Source of the DNA: a virus
Virus record (IMG/VR): IMGVR_UViG_3300006931_000005
Location: 1 to 64,000 of that record
Reading direction: 5' to 3' (one strand)
DNA: 64,000 nt
The translations under genes were made by a program, and so were the position numbers. Below are positions 36,556 through 47,032 of the stretch, piece by piece. Position 1 is the stretch's first letter. Each line of letters begins with the position of its first letter. The notes beneath the pieces were generated by a model, which had not been told where the DNA came from, did no database searches, and worked only from the letters and a program-made list of their open reading frames with translations.

Positions 36556-38155
36556 CCCGGATCGGCTCGGTCTGATGCTGACGCCGGGTGCTCGCCCGGA
36601 TGCTTCGCACATCTTCCTGAAGCTCATCCCAAAGCTCTCGAGCCAGCGCGTAAGTGAGCGCGTCGAACGGATGTTTGTGCCGTGAGTGCGCGGCAATGGT
36701 GCCCTCCACCTTGCCCTTGCCGATGCACTGAAGCATCTCGATCAGCTTGGGGCATTTCGATGACGAAATAATCAGCCGGTTCTGGATCAGCAATTTCTTC
36801 AGCAGCCGGATGCGGTTGCCGACAGAGCCACGGCCCTTGTCCACACCGATCAGGCGCAGCCGTCCGTCGCTGATGGTGTACATCTCGTCCGCGACCGTCC
36901 GGTTCGCAATCGACTCCTTGAAATTCACGGCGCTCGAATCCGCCCAGCAGGATGACCAGTCAAAATCCCAGCCGCAATTCTTAACCCAGCCAGTCTCGCG
37001 CTCCCACTCATCCATCTTCTCCATTAACAGGATGGTGAATTCGCTCACTTGAATTTCTTCGCCAATGTACGCAAGCTCGTCGAGCACCTTAAATACGCTC
37101 ACCGGCTTCAGGGTGTGAACCCCTTTTATAATCACCGGTCTTTGGTCGGTGACTTTTTCGATGATGTATGAGACCGGGTTTACGCCACCGGCATCGTGGC
37201 CGGTAATCAGCCCGGTGCATCCGGGCTCCGGGATCAGATCGTCGAGCGGGTCTGGATTTTTAAGCGCCCCGGAAAGATGGATCAGCGGAAGAAATGCGTC
37301 AGCAAACAGAGCGCCCTTGACCGCCGCCGTCCACTTGCCAAGGATATAGCGGTCGTATTGCGCCGGATTTTTTTCGTACACCTTCCGGGTGAGCGCCTTT
37401 CGCTCGTCGGATACGAACGGGTTGTCCTCCATCGTCCACTCGGTCAGGTGCAGGCAGCGGCGGATCAGCAGCTCGTCGGCATCACATTCAGATTCCGGCG
37501 CGATCCGCAGCTCGTAGAAAAGTTTGTAGAGAAAATGTTCCGTGCCGGTATCAGGTGGATTCGCGTCGATCAGCATGACGTGCTCCTCATCGTGGAGACC
37601 CATGATGCGGAGCGCCATGAACAGCGTCATAAATGTGGTCTCATCCCGGAATTCACCCGCTTCCGACCAGTAGATCATCGAGTAATAGCGTGACTTGTAT
37701 TTGTCCTCGACCTCGCGCTCGTCATCGAGCGAGTCCAGCTCCAGCTTGGAAATTCCGCCGTGCTTGTTCCTAACGGAAGCGACCATCTTTTTCGTGGCAC
37801 CATGAATCTTTGGCTCCATCTCCCACTCGAAGAAAACCTGCTGCTTCTGGCCATCAACCTCGATCTCGACGCCGATGTTCTGGTTGATCCAGTCGGGCAA
37901 AACTTTTTCCGTGAGCTCCGTCCAGATGCCGGAGGTTGCTGCTGCGCCAGCGGTGTGGCAGAGAACGAGGACTGATCCATCCTTGGTTTCCCATAGATGC
38001 TCGGCGATGGCATCAAGACAGCCAACACTTTTGCCGGAGATACGGGTGCCGAAAACAGCGATTACCTTCATTACCCCGGTGCGCTTCCGGCACAAGGCCC
38101 GCAATGCTTTCTGCTTGGGGGACTGGATCAGCGTTCCGTTTTTGTCGAATGGCAT
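36545..38155 (-). CDS. terL: Terminase large subunit
   Basis: PKQ, Walker A GTRISGKS, Walker B-like IYWSEAGE, DANPP, DNPF, RNase H GHDAGG and HPFDALTYA. Confidence 0.88.
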   Translation of the reverse strand: MPFDKNGTLIQSPKQKALRALCRKRTGVMKVIAVFGTRISGKSVGCLDAIAEHLWETKDGSVLVLCHTAGAAATSGIWTELTEKVLPDWINQNIGVEIEVDGQKQQVFFEWEMEPKIHGATKKMVASVRNKHGGISKLELDSLDDEREVEDKYKSRYYSMIYWSEAGEFRDETTFMTLFMALRIMGLHDEEHVMLIDANPPDTGTEHFLYKLFYELRIAPESECDADELLIRRCLHLTEWTMEDNPFVSDERKALTRKVYEKNPAQYDRYILGKWTAAVKGALFADAFLPLIHLSGALKNPDPLDDLIPEPGCTGLITGHDAGGVNPVSYIIEKVTDQRPVIIKGVHTLKPVSVFKVLDELAYIGEEIQVSEFTILLMEKMDEWERETGWVKNCGWDFDWSSCWADSSAVNFKESIANRTVADEMYTISDGRLRLIGVDKGRGSVGNRIRLLKKLLIQNRLIISSSKCPKLIEMLQCIGKGKVEGTIAAHSRHKHPFDALTYALARELWDELQEDVRSIRASTRRQHQTEPIRVRL

Positions 38156-38252
38156 GGCGAATAAACTTGTTGCAAGTATCGCCCGATTGAATTACAAATC
38201 AATAGGAAACGCCAAATATGGCAATATCAAATCCTTAACCCGCAAAACTTTT

Positions 38253-38486
38253 ATGGACTCTCTTACCATCGCCGTACCACCCGAACAACAGGATGCCGTT
38301 TCAAGCTGGCAGGATGGCGAATCCTACACCGTCACCATCAAGCAGACCGGCCCCGGCCAGTTTGATCTTGTTTCCGTCGAGCCCGAAAGCCCGGCAGAGG
38401 ACAAGACCGAGACCACCGAGGAAGGCCCGGCCATGGATGCGAATCCTTCCATGGATGTGGTGATGAAGCAGAAAAAGGGTGCATGA
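38253..38486 (+). CDS. Small acidic protein
   Basis: ATG after an A/T-rich leader; ATGA overlap with the portal. Confidence 0.65.
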   Translation: MDSLTIAVPPEQQDAVSSWQDGESYTVTIKQTGPGQFDLVSVEPESPAEDKTETTEEGPAMDANPSMDVVMKQKKGA

Positions 38487-40834
38487 TCTCGAAGGCGACC
38501 ATAAAGAAGTACAAGCTCGACACGGAATCGCTTAAAACGCTGTTCACGGCGGACAAGCCGAGCAAGCCGATCAAGAGTCTGACAAACTTGATCGGCAACC
38601 GCATAAAAGAATGGCGGGAGCGAAATTTCTCCGACTACAAAATCTGGGCGGCGGTCGATTATGCTTACGACACGCCGTTCTCACAGACCACGGCCACGGT
38701 GCTCCGGCACATCATGTCGGAATGCACCAAGCCGGAAGAAATTCTGACCGCGCTCCGGGGCTGGGGGCTTTCGGATGAAACGCTTTTCACAACCGAGGTG
38801 GACGGCGACAAGAAAAAGCACCACCTGAATATGTCGGTGTTCACCGAGGTATTCATCCCGCTCGTCCGGGCCTACCTGACGATCCGGCTTTCAAAGATTT
38901 ACAACGACCGGAACATCTCGCCACTTTTCACCTATTCGCCGGTTTTCGCCACGGCTGAAAATCGCTTCCTCTGCGAAGTTCTTCAAGAGCTGGTCGAGAC
39001 CATGGCGACCAACTTCGGTTATCCGGCAGTGCTCCGCGATTTCATCTTCAACGCTCTGATGTACTCCGTCTCGCTCAAGTTCCCGGTCGAGCCGTGGACT
39101 GAATACAAGCAGGAGGATGCGGATGGCAAAGAGATCGTCGAAAAAGAGGGTGTGCGCTACGTCATTCCGCACGTCAGCCGCATTGGTTATGATCTGAATT
39201 TTCCGCTGCACACCCTGAACACCGGCACCGGCTGCTCCTACGCGCTTTACTGGGAGGTCACGCGCTGGGGTGATATTGACGAGGATGTTTTTTGGAATTT
39301 GGACAAGGTGCCGCACGGCACCAACTGGCTTGATCCGTCGCAGGGCTGGCATAATTATTTTACGGAGGTCTATCCGTGCTCGCTCCAGTTCCCGACCACC
39401 ACCGCTGCAATCAAGGGCAAGAAAACAAACCGTGAGGACATGGCGGCAGGCTTCTACAACAAGGATGACTACGACAGCGCGTTTTTTCAGACCTATATTT
39501 TCATGGAGCTGGTGCCCTCTGAATGGGGGCTTGGCGATTACGATAACAAGGTGTGGATGAAGTTCACGGTCGGCTCCGACCGGACGATCATATACGCCGA
39601 GGTCTGGCAATACCGACCAGTTGATTACATTGGTTATGACGCAGACAGCGGACGTGGCCGTAATGCGAGCTTGGCACTGGAGATCATTCCGTTCCAAGAT
39701 TTGACGGGCAATGCGCTGAACCAATTCCTGCTGACGATCAAGCGCAACCTGACGAACGTGGTTTTTTACAACAACGAGGCTGTTGATGAAAACCAGATCA
39801 AGTCCTTGAACCGCGAAAGCAATTCGCAGTATCAGCAGTTGAATTTTGTCGGCTTCGACGGGTTGAAGATGGAACGCGCTGGCGTGGACATGGGCAACGT
39901 GTTCAAGGCCGTGACCTTTCCATACGCTGATCCAAGCCCGGTGCTGCTTTCGCTCAACACGATCATCGCCGTGCTCGAACGGGTGCTCGTCATTTCCGCG
40001 CAGGAAAGCGGATCGTCCGCCAGCCATCAGCAGTCGAAGAAGGAAGTCGAGATCACCAACGCGAACACGAGCAATCGCGTTTCATACACGGCTGGATTCG
40101 TTGACGAGGGATCGGACGCATGGAAGCGGCAGCTCGTGGAAGCGGCCCTGTGTAACATGACTGGCAACGAGGTCATGGCCAACGTCTCGACCGACATTCC
40201 GGGCCTTGCCGATCTGGTTAAAAAACTTGGATTTGAATTTGTGAACGGGTTGCCGGTTGCGGGCGAGAAAAAAGTTCTGGTCAAGGGCAAGATTCCGGCG
40301 ACCAAGCTGGTGCAGTTGATCGCACGCCGGGCCGAGACCGACCGCGAAACCGATGCGGCCACGGCGCAGGCCATGTTCAACGCGATCTCCTCGATCTCAA
40401 ACAGCCAGTTCTTGTCCTCCGTCGTCGATCCAGCATCGCTCGTCGAAGCTCTGGAGCTCGCGTCGAAGCTCGCTGGTGCCGACAACGATTTCAAAATCCG
40501 GCTGAATCAGGACGGGGCCATGGCCGGTCAGGTTCAAAAGCTCATCGGCCAAATCCAGCAGCAGATCATGCAGGCCGTCGAGAAGGAAGTCGCGCAGCCC
40601 GCCGCCGACGCCATCGCGCAGCAAGGCCAGAAGAATAACGAGAATACCGCCAACATTGAGGCGCTGACAGCCGCGCTCGAAAAGATTCAGCAGATGATTT
40701 CCGCCAGCGCACCGTTGCCGACACCGACGGTCACTGCAAAATTGGCCACCGCACCAGCCCCGTCGGCTGCGCCCGCGCCAGCACTAGCACCAGACCTTAA
40801 TGCACCTCCAATCCAACCCCCTATCAGCGGCTAA
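38483..40834 (+). CDS. Portal protein
   Basis: 783 aa; position between terL and scaffold/capsid; IIPFQD...NQ...; Q-rich helical C-terminus. Confidence 0.72.
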   Translation: MISKATIKKYKLDTESLKTLFTADKPSKPIKSLTNLIGNRIKEWRERNFSDYKIWAAVDYAYDTPFSQTTATVLRHIMSECTKPEEILTALRGWGLSDETLFTTEVDGDKKKHHLNMSVFTEVFIPLVRAYLTIRLSKIYNDRNISPLFTYSPVFATAENRFLCEVLQELVETMATNFGYPAVLRDFIFNALMYSVSLKFPVEPWTEYKQEDADGKEIVEKEGVRYVIPHVSRIGYDLNFPLHTLNTGTGCSYALYWEVTRWGDIDEDVFWNLDKVPHGTNWLDPSQGWHNYFTEVYPCSLQFPTTTAAIKGKKTNREDMAAGFYNKDDYDSAFFQTYIFMELVPSEWGLGDYDNKVWMKFTVGSDRTIIYAEVWQYRPVDYIGYDADSGRGRNASLALEIIPFQDLTGNALNQFLLTIKRNLTNVVFYNNEAVDENQIKSLNRESNSQYQQLNFVGFDGLKMERAGVDMGNVFKAVTFPYADPSPVLLSLNTIIAVLERVLVISAQESGSSASHQQSKKEVEITNANTSNRVSYTAGFVDEGSDAWKRQLVEAALCNMTGNEVMANVSTDIPGLADLVKKLGFEFVNGLPVAGEKKVLVKGKIPATKLVQLIARRAETDRETDAATAQAMFNAISSISNSQFLSSVVDPASLVEALELASKLAGADNDFKIRLNQDGAMAGQVQKLIGQIQQQIMQAVEKEVAQPAADAIAQQGQKNNENTANIEALTAALEKIQQMISASAPLPTPTVTAKLATAPAPSAAPAPALAPDLNAPPIQPPISG

Positions 40835-40841
40835 ACAGGCG

Positions 40842-41111
40842 ATGGTACGCCGCACGCTCGATTCGGACGGCTTTCCCGTTCTGATCGAGGTTCTGCGTTC
40901 AAAGGCTTTTGAATTCGAGGTCGAAGTCGCCAACGCTTCGCTCACTTCAACCACCGGCTACGAGAACAAGGCGAAGGATTTCGCGCAGAAGGCCATCGCC
41001 GCGCACGCCGCCATCAAGCTGCTTACGGAAATGTACGAGCACGACAGCAAAAACAATTTTAAAGTTTCGACGGCGACACCATCGGAAAACACCAACACCA
41101 TAACCAAGTAA
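40842..41111 (+). CDS. Small protein following the portal
   Basis: ORF 40800..41111; either ATG possible. Confidence 0.6.
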   Translation: MVRRTLDSDGFPVLIEVLRSKAFEFEVEVANASLTSTTGYENKAKDFAQKAIAAHAAIKLLTEMYEHDSKNNFKVSTATPSENTNTITK

Positions 41112-41115
41112 AAAT

Positions 41116-42555
41116 ATGCCAGAAGCACCCAAGACCGATCTTCCGAAACCCAACGCAACCACCGACGCTGAAAAGCAGGAGAATCGCACAGCGTTCATCC
41201 GCAACATCGTCGGCATCAGAAAGCCGAAGGAGAGCACCGAGAAGCCAGCAGAAAAGCCGGGTGACAAACCGGCTGAAGCCAAGCCCGGAGAAAAGCCTGC
41301 GGACAAACCCATCGCTGCCGCGAAGAAAAAAGTCACGGCTCCGAAGGCGGCTCCCGTTGCGCTTTCCACGGAAGATTTGGCGACCGCCGTTTCGACCGGC
41401 GTGCGCGAGGCTCTGAAGCCTGCGGACAAGCCGAAGGTCGAGGAGCCGAAGCCGACCGACAAACTCTCGGACAAGGACAAGAAGCGTTACGCCGTGTTCG
41501 AGCAGATGGAGAAAAACAATCCGACGGCGAACACCGGGCTGGCCAAGAAGTTTTTGGAAAACCGCACCAAGCACGAGGAGTATCAGAAGGCTTGGGAGGC
41601 AAAAAATCCGGGCAAGAAATTTGACATCGGCGAGGATGAGCACGCTGATTTCATCGCGGCCAACGATTTGACGTGGGACGAGGATGAATACGTCGAGGCG
41701 CTGACCGATCTGAAATCCAGCAAGGCGCTCAACAACGTGGAGGAAAAATTCAAGGGCCAGCTCACGGAGCAGCAGCGCCAGCGCGAGCAGGAAGAACGCG
41801 CCCGCGAAGAAGCCCCGCTCGTGATCCGGCATCAAGTGGACACGGCCCGGACGCTGTTCAAAAATCTTGGTGATGAATTCGCCAAGGTGCTGAACGAGGA
41901 CGGCAACATCAACATCGAGGAGGTGAAGCGCCTGTCGGAAGAAAATCCGATCTACAAGAAAACCGTTTTTCCGATGGCGCAAAAGGTCGAGGCATTCGCG
42001 GGCGAGCTGCTTCGCATTGCGCGTGGCCATACTTCGATCCGCGAGACCGAGCCGACCGCCGCTGAATGGGCGAAGATGAATCCGGCAGCGCGGGCGCAGC
42101 ATCTTTTGCACGCCGAGATCGTGAACTACGTCACGCAGCAGGAGCAAATTTTCGACCAGCTCCCGGATGAGAAGAAGATGAACCAGCGCGATCAAATGTT
42201 CACCACGTCCGAGAAATACTCGAAGATGACCAAGGCGCAACAGGCGAAGCACTGGGTTTTGCGCGACTCGGAATTGTCCGCGCTTTACGCCATGGACGCC
42301 TCCGTCGCCATCAAAAAATCCATCGAAGCCGAGGAGGGAAACTTCCGCCAGATCGCCGAGAAGCGCGGTCTCAAGCTTCCTGAAGCGCCCAAGCCCGGCG
42401 AGAAACCAGCCGAAAAACCTGTTGATGACAAGGCTGCGGATGTTACTGGCCGTCGTCCGCCGCCGTCCACTGTTTCGCCAAGAATGGCAACGAAGCCCGG
42501 TGAGCAGAAAGATGAAAAAACTGCTACCTATAAAGGACTTCTTGGACGAAGATAA
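41116..42555 (+). CDS. Capsid scaffolding protein
   Basis: K/E/P-rich (KP.EKP repeats), helical, directly before the capsid gene. Confidence 0.7.
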   Translation: MPEAPKTDLPKPNATTDAEKQENRTAFIRNIVGIRKPKESTEKPAEKPGDKPAEAKPGEKPADKPIAAAKKKVTAPKAAPVALSTEDLATAVSTGVREALKPADKPKVEEPKPTDKLSDKDKKRYAVFEQMEKNNPTANTGLAKKFLENRTKHEEYQKAWEAKNPGKKFDIGEDEHADFIAANDLTWDEDEYVEALTDLKSSKALNNVEEKFKGQLTEQQRQREQEERAREEAPLVIRHQVDTARTLFKNLGDEFAKVLNEDGNINIEEVKRLSEENPIYKKTVFPMAQKVEAFAGELLRIARGHTSIRETEPTAAEWAKMNPAARAQHLLHAEIVNYVTQQEQIFDQLPDEKKMNQRDQMFTTSEKYSKMTKAQQAKHWVLRDSELSALYAMDASVAIKKSIEAEEGNFRQIAEKRGLKLPEAPKPGEKPAEKPVDDKAADVTGRRPPPSTVSPRMATKPGEQKDEKTATYKGLLGRR

Positions 42556-42595
42556 TTCCAACAGCGGAATATAACCCTCCGCTAAAAATAAAATT

Positions 42596-44320
42596 ATGGG
42601 AAAAGCACCCGCATCAATCGCCAACGTATTCCAACGCTGCTCGCCAGCGATCCGCTCCAACATCGCCGAATGCGGATCGGTAACTTTGTGCGCCAACACG
42701 AAGCCTGAAACGCTGGATGATCTGCTGAACATCTACACGTCGGACGGCGAATACCGCCTGCTGAATCATTTGCTGATGACGCACTTCACCATCAAGGCGT
42801 GCGGCACGGTCAAGCGGGGGATGCGTGATTTCTTCATGGCGAACCTGAAAACGACCCAGAAGTCGCAGATCAAGTTCGACCAGAACGAACGGGCGCTGAC
42901 CAAGGTTGCGCCGTTCATCATGGCGGATCAGAAGATTCCGCGTAACAACATTTCATGGCAGGCCACGGCTGGCGCTTCCGCTGACGGCGGCAACTGGTCG
43001 ATGCGTATGGCTTCCGCCGACGGCATCCCGGCCCACGCCCGCTATTTCCCGGCTGGCATGGTCTTGTTCGTTGTCGGCATCGGTGCCGGTGGCGTGAAGG
43101 TGAAGTGGCAGGGCGACGTGGTTTCATCCACGCTCTCCGCCGACGGCACATACGTCACCGTCGTAATGACTCCGCAGAACGCGGGGTCGTTGATGCCCGC
43201 TGCGAGCACGGCGAATCCCACGACCGGCGTGGCTTATCGCGGTGTCGCCAACGTCGGCAAGACCGAAAGCTACTGCGACGATACGCCCGCCTTGGTTGAC
43301 ACCAAGCGCGTGCCGTTCTGGATGCAGGATATGCGCTGGACGATGTGTACCTCCGAGCTGTTCAACGAATGGCAGGATTTGGTCATGGCGAACAACCCGC
43401 TGTACAAGGCGTACCAGTACATCCCCGAAGTCGAACGGATGCGCCAGATGGGTGAGGACTTTGAGGCCCGGCTGTTCAACGCCGCGTGGTTTCAGGCTCC
43501 GATCAGCGAGAAGCAAAACCTGTCGGAATACAACCAGCTTCCCGAACTGACGAACTACCTTTCCGCCACCGGGCTCGGTGTCGAAGGTGGCCGTTGCGTC
43601 GGTCGCCGGGCGAACATGGTCGGCTGGCTCGAACAGCTCCGCGAGTGCGACCGCTGGTTCGACGCGGCTGGTGCCCAGCTCAACCTGTACAGCATCTTTG
43701 ATGCGATCTACGCGATGTCCCGCGTCCGGGCCGGTATCGGCTCCATGGCGGCGAAACGCTTCGACGTGTTCACCGACGGCATCACTGCCGCCGCGATTGA
43801 GCAGGCGTTCATCGGCTACTACGGCGTGAAGTTTGGCGACAAGGATCGTTATCAGATGTACGCCAAGAGCGGCGAGAACGAGGAGCTGGGCATGGTGTTC
43901 ACCAGCTACGTCCTCGACGGTCGCAACACGGGCGTCACCCTGAACGTCATCACCGACTGGGCGTTCGACGACACGCTCGCGGATTTCGCGGCGATGAACC
44001 TGACGAACGCCGGTCGCACGCTGATGTTCTTGGACATGACGGGCATCTACTTGCAGGTCATCGAATCCGGCAAGCAGACGAATCACACGGGCGACATCAA
44101 GGCGCTGGCCGCTGTGGACGCGAGCTACCGCTGCGTGATCGAGACGTACACGATGGATACGGAGATCAACTATGTGAAGATGGCGGCGGTGGTCGAATGC
44201 CCGCAGGCATCGCTCATCATCGACAACTTCTCCAGTGACGTGCCGAAGTTCGCCAAGGCGGACGCCACGGGCCGTCCGAGCTACATCCCCGGCCACGTCA
44301 TCACGCCCTACGCGCTGTAA
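42596..44320 (+). CDS. Major capsid protein
   Basis: 574 aa, strong codon bias, follows the scaffold, followed by a terminator. Confidence 0.75.
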   Translation: MGKAPASIANVFQRCSPAIRSNIAECGSVTLCANTKPETLDDLLNIYTSDGEYRLLNHLLMTHFTIKACGTVKRGMRDFFMANLKTTQKSQIKFDQNERALTKVAPFIMADQKIPRNNISWQATAGASADGGNWSMRMASADGIPAHARYFPAGMVLFVVGIGAGGVKVKWQGDVVSSTLSADGTYVTVVMTPQNAGSLMPAASTANPTTGVAYRGVANVGKTESYCDDTPALVDTKRVPFWMQDMRWTMCTSELFNEWQDLVMANNPLYKAYQYIPEVERMRQMGEDFEARLFNAAWFQAPISEKQNLSEYNQLPELTNYLSATGLGVEGGRCVGRRANMVGWLEQLRECDRWFDAAGAQLNLYSIFDAIYAMSRVRAGIGSMAAKRFDVFTDGITAAAIEQAFIGYYGVKFGDKDRYQMYAKSGENEELGMVFTSYVLDGRNTGVTLNVITDWAFDDTLADFAAMNLTNAGRTLMFLDMTGIYLQVIESGKQTNHTGDIKALAAVDASYRCVIETYTMDTEINYVKMAAVVECPQASLIIDNFSSDVPKFAKADATGRPSYIPGHVITPYAL

Positions 44321-44341
44321 TTTGGTCATGGTCTGGTGTCA

Positions 44342-44380
44342 AGCGAGCGGTGGCCAAAAGCCGCCGCTCGTTTTTTGTTT
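44342..44380 (+). terminator. Rho-independent terminator
   Basis: AGCGAGCGGTGGC-CAAAA-GCCGCCGCTCGTT followed by a T-run. Confidence 0.88.
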
Positions 44381-44412
44381 GATAAACGACGGGCAGGCAT
44401 TAGGATAAAAAC

Positions 44413-44844
44413 ATGGCTAAGATGTATTTCAAAAAGTTGAACACGGCCAATGTCATCGCTGACCGGGCCGGATCACCAATCGAGTGGGAATCCCTTGGCG
44501 ACCGTGACCGCACTGGCGTCCGGGCGCTGGACACCGAAATCGACGCGAACCTCATCGCCGACCTCGACAAATACGCCGACGACCGGGTGGGCGGCGTCAT
44601 CAGGATCAGCCCGGAGATTTACGAGGAGCTTAAAAAAAAAGAGGAGCCACCGAGAAAATCATCGGCGCAATTATCCGGGCTCCGTCTGGCGGCACAGCCA
44701 GAGCCGTACAGCCGCCCGTCGGTCGAGGCTGCTCCGTCTGCGGCGGCGGTCGAGTCCGCTAGTTTTCAAGAGCCTCCCCCTCCGAGTGCGTCAACATTTT
44801 TCGCCCGCACGCGCCGGGCTCAAGCCCAGAAACCAACTGAATGA
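44413..44844 (+). CDS. Virion-associated protein with A9 slippery site; alternative -1 product ends at 44762
   Basis: CTT AAA AAA AAA GAG at 44629-44643; -1 frame ends GCSVCGGGRVR*. Confidence 0.75.
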   Translation: MAKMYFKKLNTANVIADRAGSPIEWESLGDRDRTGVRALDTEIDANLIADLDKYADDRVGGVIRISPEIYEELKKKEEPPRKSSAQLSGLRLAAQPEPYSRPSVEAAPSAAAVESASFQEPPPPSASTFFARTRRAQAQKPTE

Positions 44845-47030
44845 ATCTTGGAGAATTAAAGGCGGAGGTTCGTGCAACACTTTGGCCGGATGGCGAGGCT
44901 GAAAATCTCATCGGGCCGCACGATAAAAAGTTCATTGAAGCCCTCGTCGATCTTCAAGAAGCGGTGCCCTGTCTGAAGATCGGCAACACCGACATCTACG
45001 CGCATTGCGCCACTTACTTCGATTGCGGCATGACCGTGTTCCCGGCCCCCCGTGGACAGATCAACGCCGTTTACACCATCGGCAAGCAGCAGGATGCGAG
45101 CGGTGTAGCCAATGGCACCTCGATTGGATCGGTTGATCTGCCCGCGTCACAAAACCAGTTATTGATCGACGATGGCGGCGGCAACCTCATCGCCCCGCCC
45201 GCAACGCAGGCTGACGTGGCCGTAATCCCGGCTGACGGCCTGTACACGATCCAAGTCCAGCAGAGCAATGCCGCGAGCTCGCTGTATCCCGCGAATGCCG
45301 CGCAGTATTTTCGGACGGAAGTGATTTACACGGACACGGGCGGCGTCGTGCAGACGATCCAGCCAGCGCCCTTGATCCACATGAACGTGTCGTCGAACAA
45401 CGGCTCCATGGTCATCAGCGCCAAGGCGGGCACCACGGTCTCCTGCCGGGTCAGCTCGTTCAATTCACCGCAGGTTGATGGCGGCATCGAGGTCATCGTC
45501 AACGTGCTGAAGGGATCGACAGTGAACAATGATGATTGGTGCTCAAAGGTTTTTTATGATCGTGTTGATTACTCACACCTCGAACGGTATGGCCGCATCT
45601 GCTCTCGCCAGACTTCTGGCATCCGGGCCATTGCTACCGCGCTGTTTGCCAGTCTGTTTGGTTGCGGACGATTCCGCCCAAAGTATTCCTATCCCGCCCC
45701 TGACGATGCCGGATACCAGCTCCTCCCTTCGCTCCCGTATGGCATCCATTACCCGCAACGCTCGACGGATGCTGGAGGTCGATCCCCCCGTGGCGTGTAC
45801 GCAATCCACCATGGCCGCGTTTATATCGCGCCGTGGATCGAGAGCACGGAATCAGTGGTCATCGAATGGAATGGTCACAAGACCGAATGGAGTGATACCG
45901 ACTCGGTTAATAGCCATCCGAAGTTCAAGAAAGCGGTGACGGAATTCGTGGGCCGCGAGCATTACACTTACTACGAATCAGATGACACTCGCAAAAACGA
46001 TTTCATCAAAAATTATGCGCTGTCCGTGCGCGAGCTCATCAACGACTGCCGGAACAACACTCGCAAATTCAGCCTGAATGAAGCCGGTGTTTCGCCATCG
46101 GCGGCGACCGGCAACGGCACGATCTCCGGTGGATCAGGCGGCGTCAGCGGCGGCGGATCGGGCAGCTCCGGTGGTGGTGGATCGGGCACGTTCTACAACG
46201 ATGAGCAGTCTTACACGGCGACGTGCCCTGCCGGTCAGACCGGCCAGTCGGTCACGTCCACAGTTTCAGCCGGTCAGGTGGGTAGCACGCTTTCCGTGGC
46301 GGACGCAAACGCACGGGCCTTGGCGCAGGCGCAGGCTGACGCGCAATCAAAGCTTTCATGCTCTCCGGCGTCCAGCGTGTTTCTGAACGTCGAGCAGACG
46401 TACACTGCCAACTGCCCCGGTGCCAACGGATCAACGCCCGCCTCGGTCGGCACTCCGGTCACGGTCACGATCCCGGCAGGCGCTTACCAGTCCGCCGTTT
46501 CGCAAGAGCTGGCTGACACGGCGGCTTTGCAAGCGGCCATGGAGCAGGCTAACGCCCAGCTCGTTTGCACGTTCTACAACGCCCCGCAGACAGCCACCGC
46601 CACCTGTCCGACGGGCACCACCGGCACGCAGCAGCAGGCCACGGTCGCAGCCGGTCAGTTCAACGATGTCACGCAGCAGGGTGCGGATGCCAAGGCGCTC
46701 GCCGCCGCCCAGACGCAGGCCACCGCCGCGCTTACCTGCTCCGGCACCACGTTTCAGGTCGGCAATACGCCGCAGACCGCCACCCGCGCCGGATCGGTTG
46801 TGCCACCGGGCTGTACGCGGGTTTTCACCTACAATCTGTCGGCGACCGTTTTGCAAAACACCTATGTCGCGCTGACAACGGCTGCAAATCAAATGGCAAC
46901 GCAGGCTTCTTTGAACGCACAAGCGCAGGCGGCGGCACAGAACGCCGTAGGATTGCTATACTCGCAGCAGCTAAACAAATTCATGGCCTCGAACTGCGGT
47001 AGAACTGGGCCGGGAACGATCCTGCAATAA
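44841..47030 (+). CDS. Head-tail adaptor-like protein with DUF5977-like repeats
   Basis: MNLGELKAEVR adaptor-like start; Gly-rich linker; FYN..Q.YTATCP...SQ..AD..AL repeats. Confidence 0.68.
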   Translation: MNLGELKAEVRATLWPDGEAENLIGPHDKKFIEALVDLQEAVPCLKIGNTDIYAHCATYFDCGMTVFPAPRGQINAVYTIGKQQDASGVANGTSIGSVDLPASQNQLLIDDGGGNLIAPPATQADVAVIPADGLYTIQVQQSNAASSLYPANAAQYFRTEVIYTDTGGVVQTIQPAPLIHMNVSSNNGSMVISAKAGTTVSCRVSSFNSPQVDGGIEVIVNVLKGSTVNNDDWCSKVFYDRVDYSHLERYGRICSRQTSGIRAIATALFASLFGCGRFRPKYSYPAPDDAGYQLLPSLPYGIHYPQRSTDAGGRSPRGVYAIHHGRVYIAPWIESTESVVIEWNGHKTEWSDTDSVNSHPKFKKAVTEFVGREHYTYYESDDTRKNDFIKNYALSVRELINDCRNNTRKFSLNEAGVSPSAATGNGTISGGSGGVSGGGSGSSGGGGSGTFYNDEQSYTATCPAGQTGQSVTSTVSAGQVGSTLSVADANARALAQAQADAQSKLSCSPASSVFLNVEQTYTANCPGANGSTPASVGTPVTVTIPAGAYQSAVSQELADTAALQAAMEQANAQLVCTFYNAPQTATATCPTGTTGTQQQATVAAGQFNDVTQQGADAKALAAAQTQATAALTCSGTTFQVGNTPQTATRAGSVVPPGCTRVFTYNLSATVLQNTYVALTTAANQMATQASLNAQAQAAAQNAVGLLYSQQLNKFMASNCGRTGPGTILQ

Positions 47031-47032
47031 CT

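Noticed and set aside
3670-38176. TGTTGCAA recurring at about 3670, 11240, 11262 and 38168 as a regulator site
   Set aside because: Short, inconsistently positioned, and explainable as -35 variants or chance.
17697-44329. Long antisense ORFs (e.g. 17697..18932, 23454..24953, 41059..42732, 43124..44329)
   Set aside because: Expected mirror ORFs of GC-biased sense genes; no motifs or start signals.
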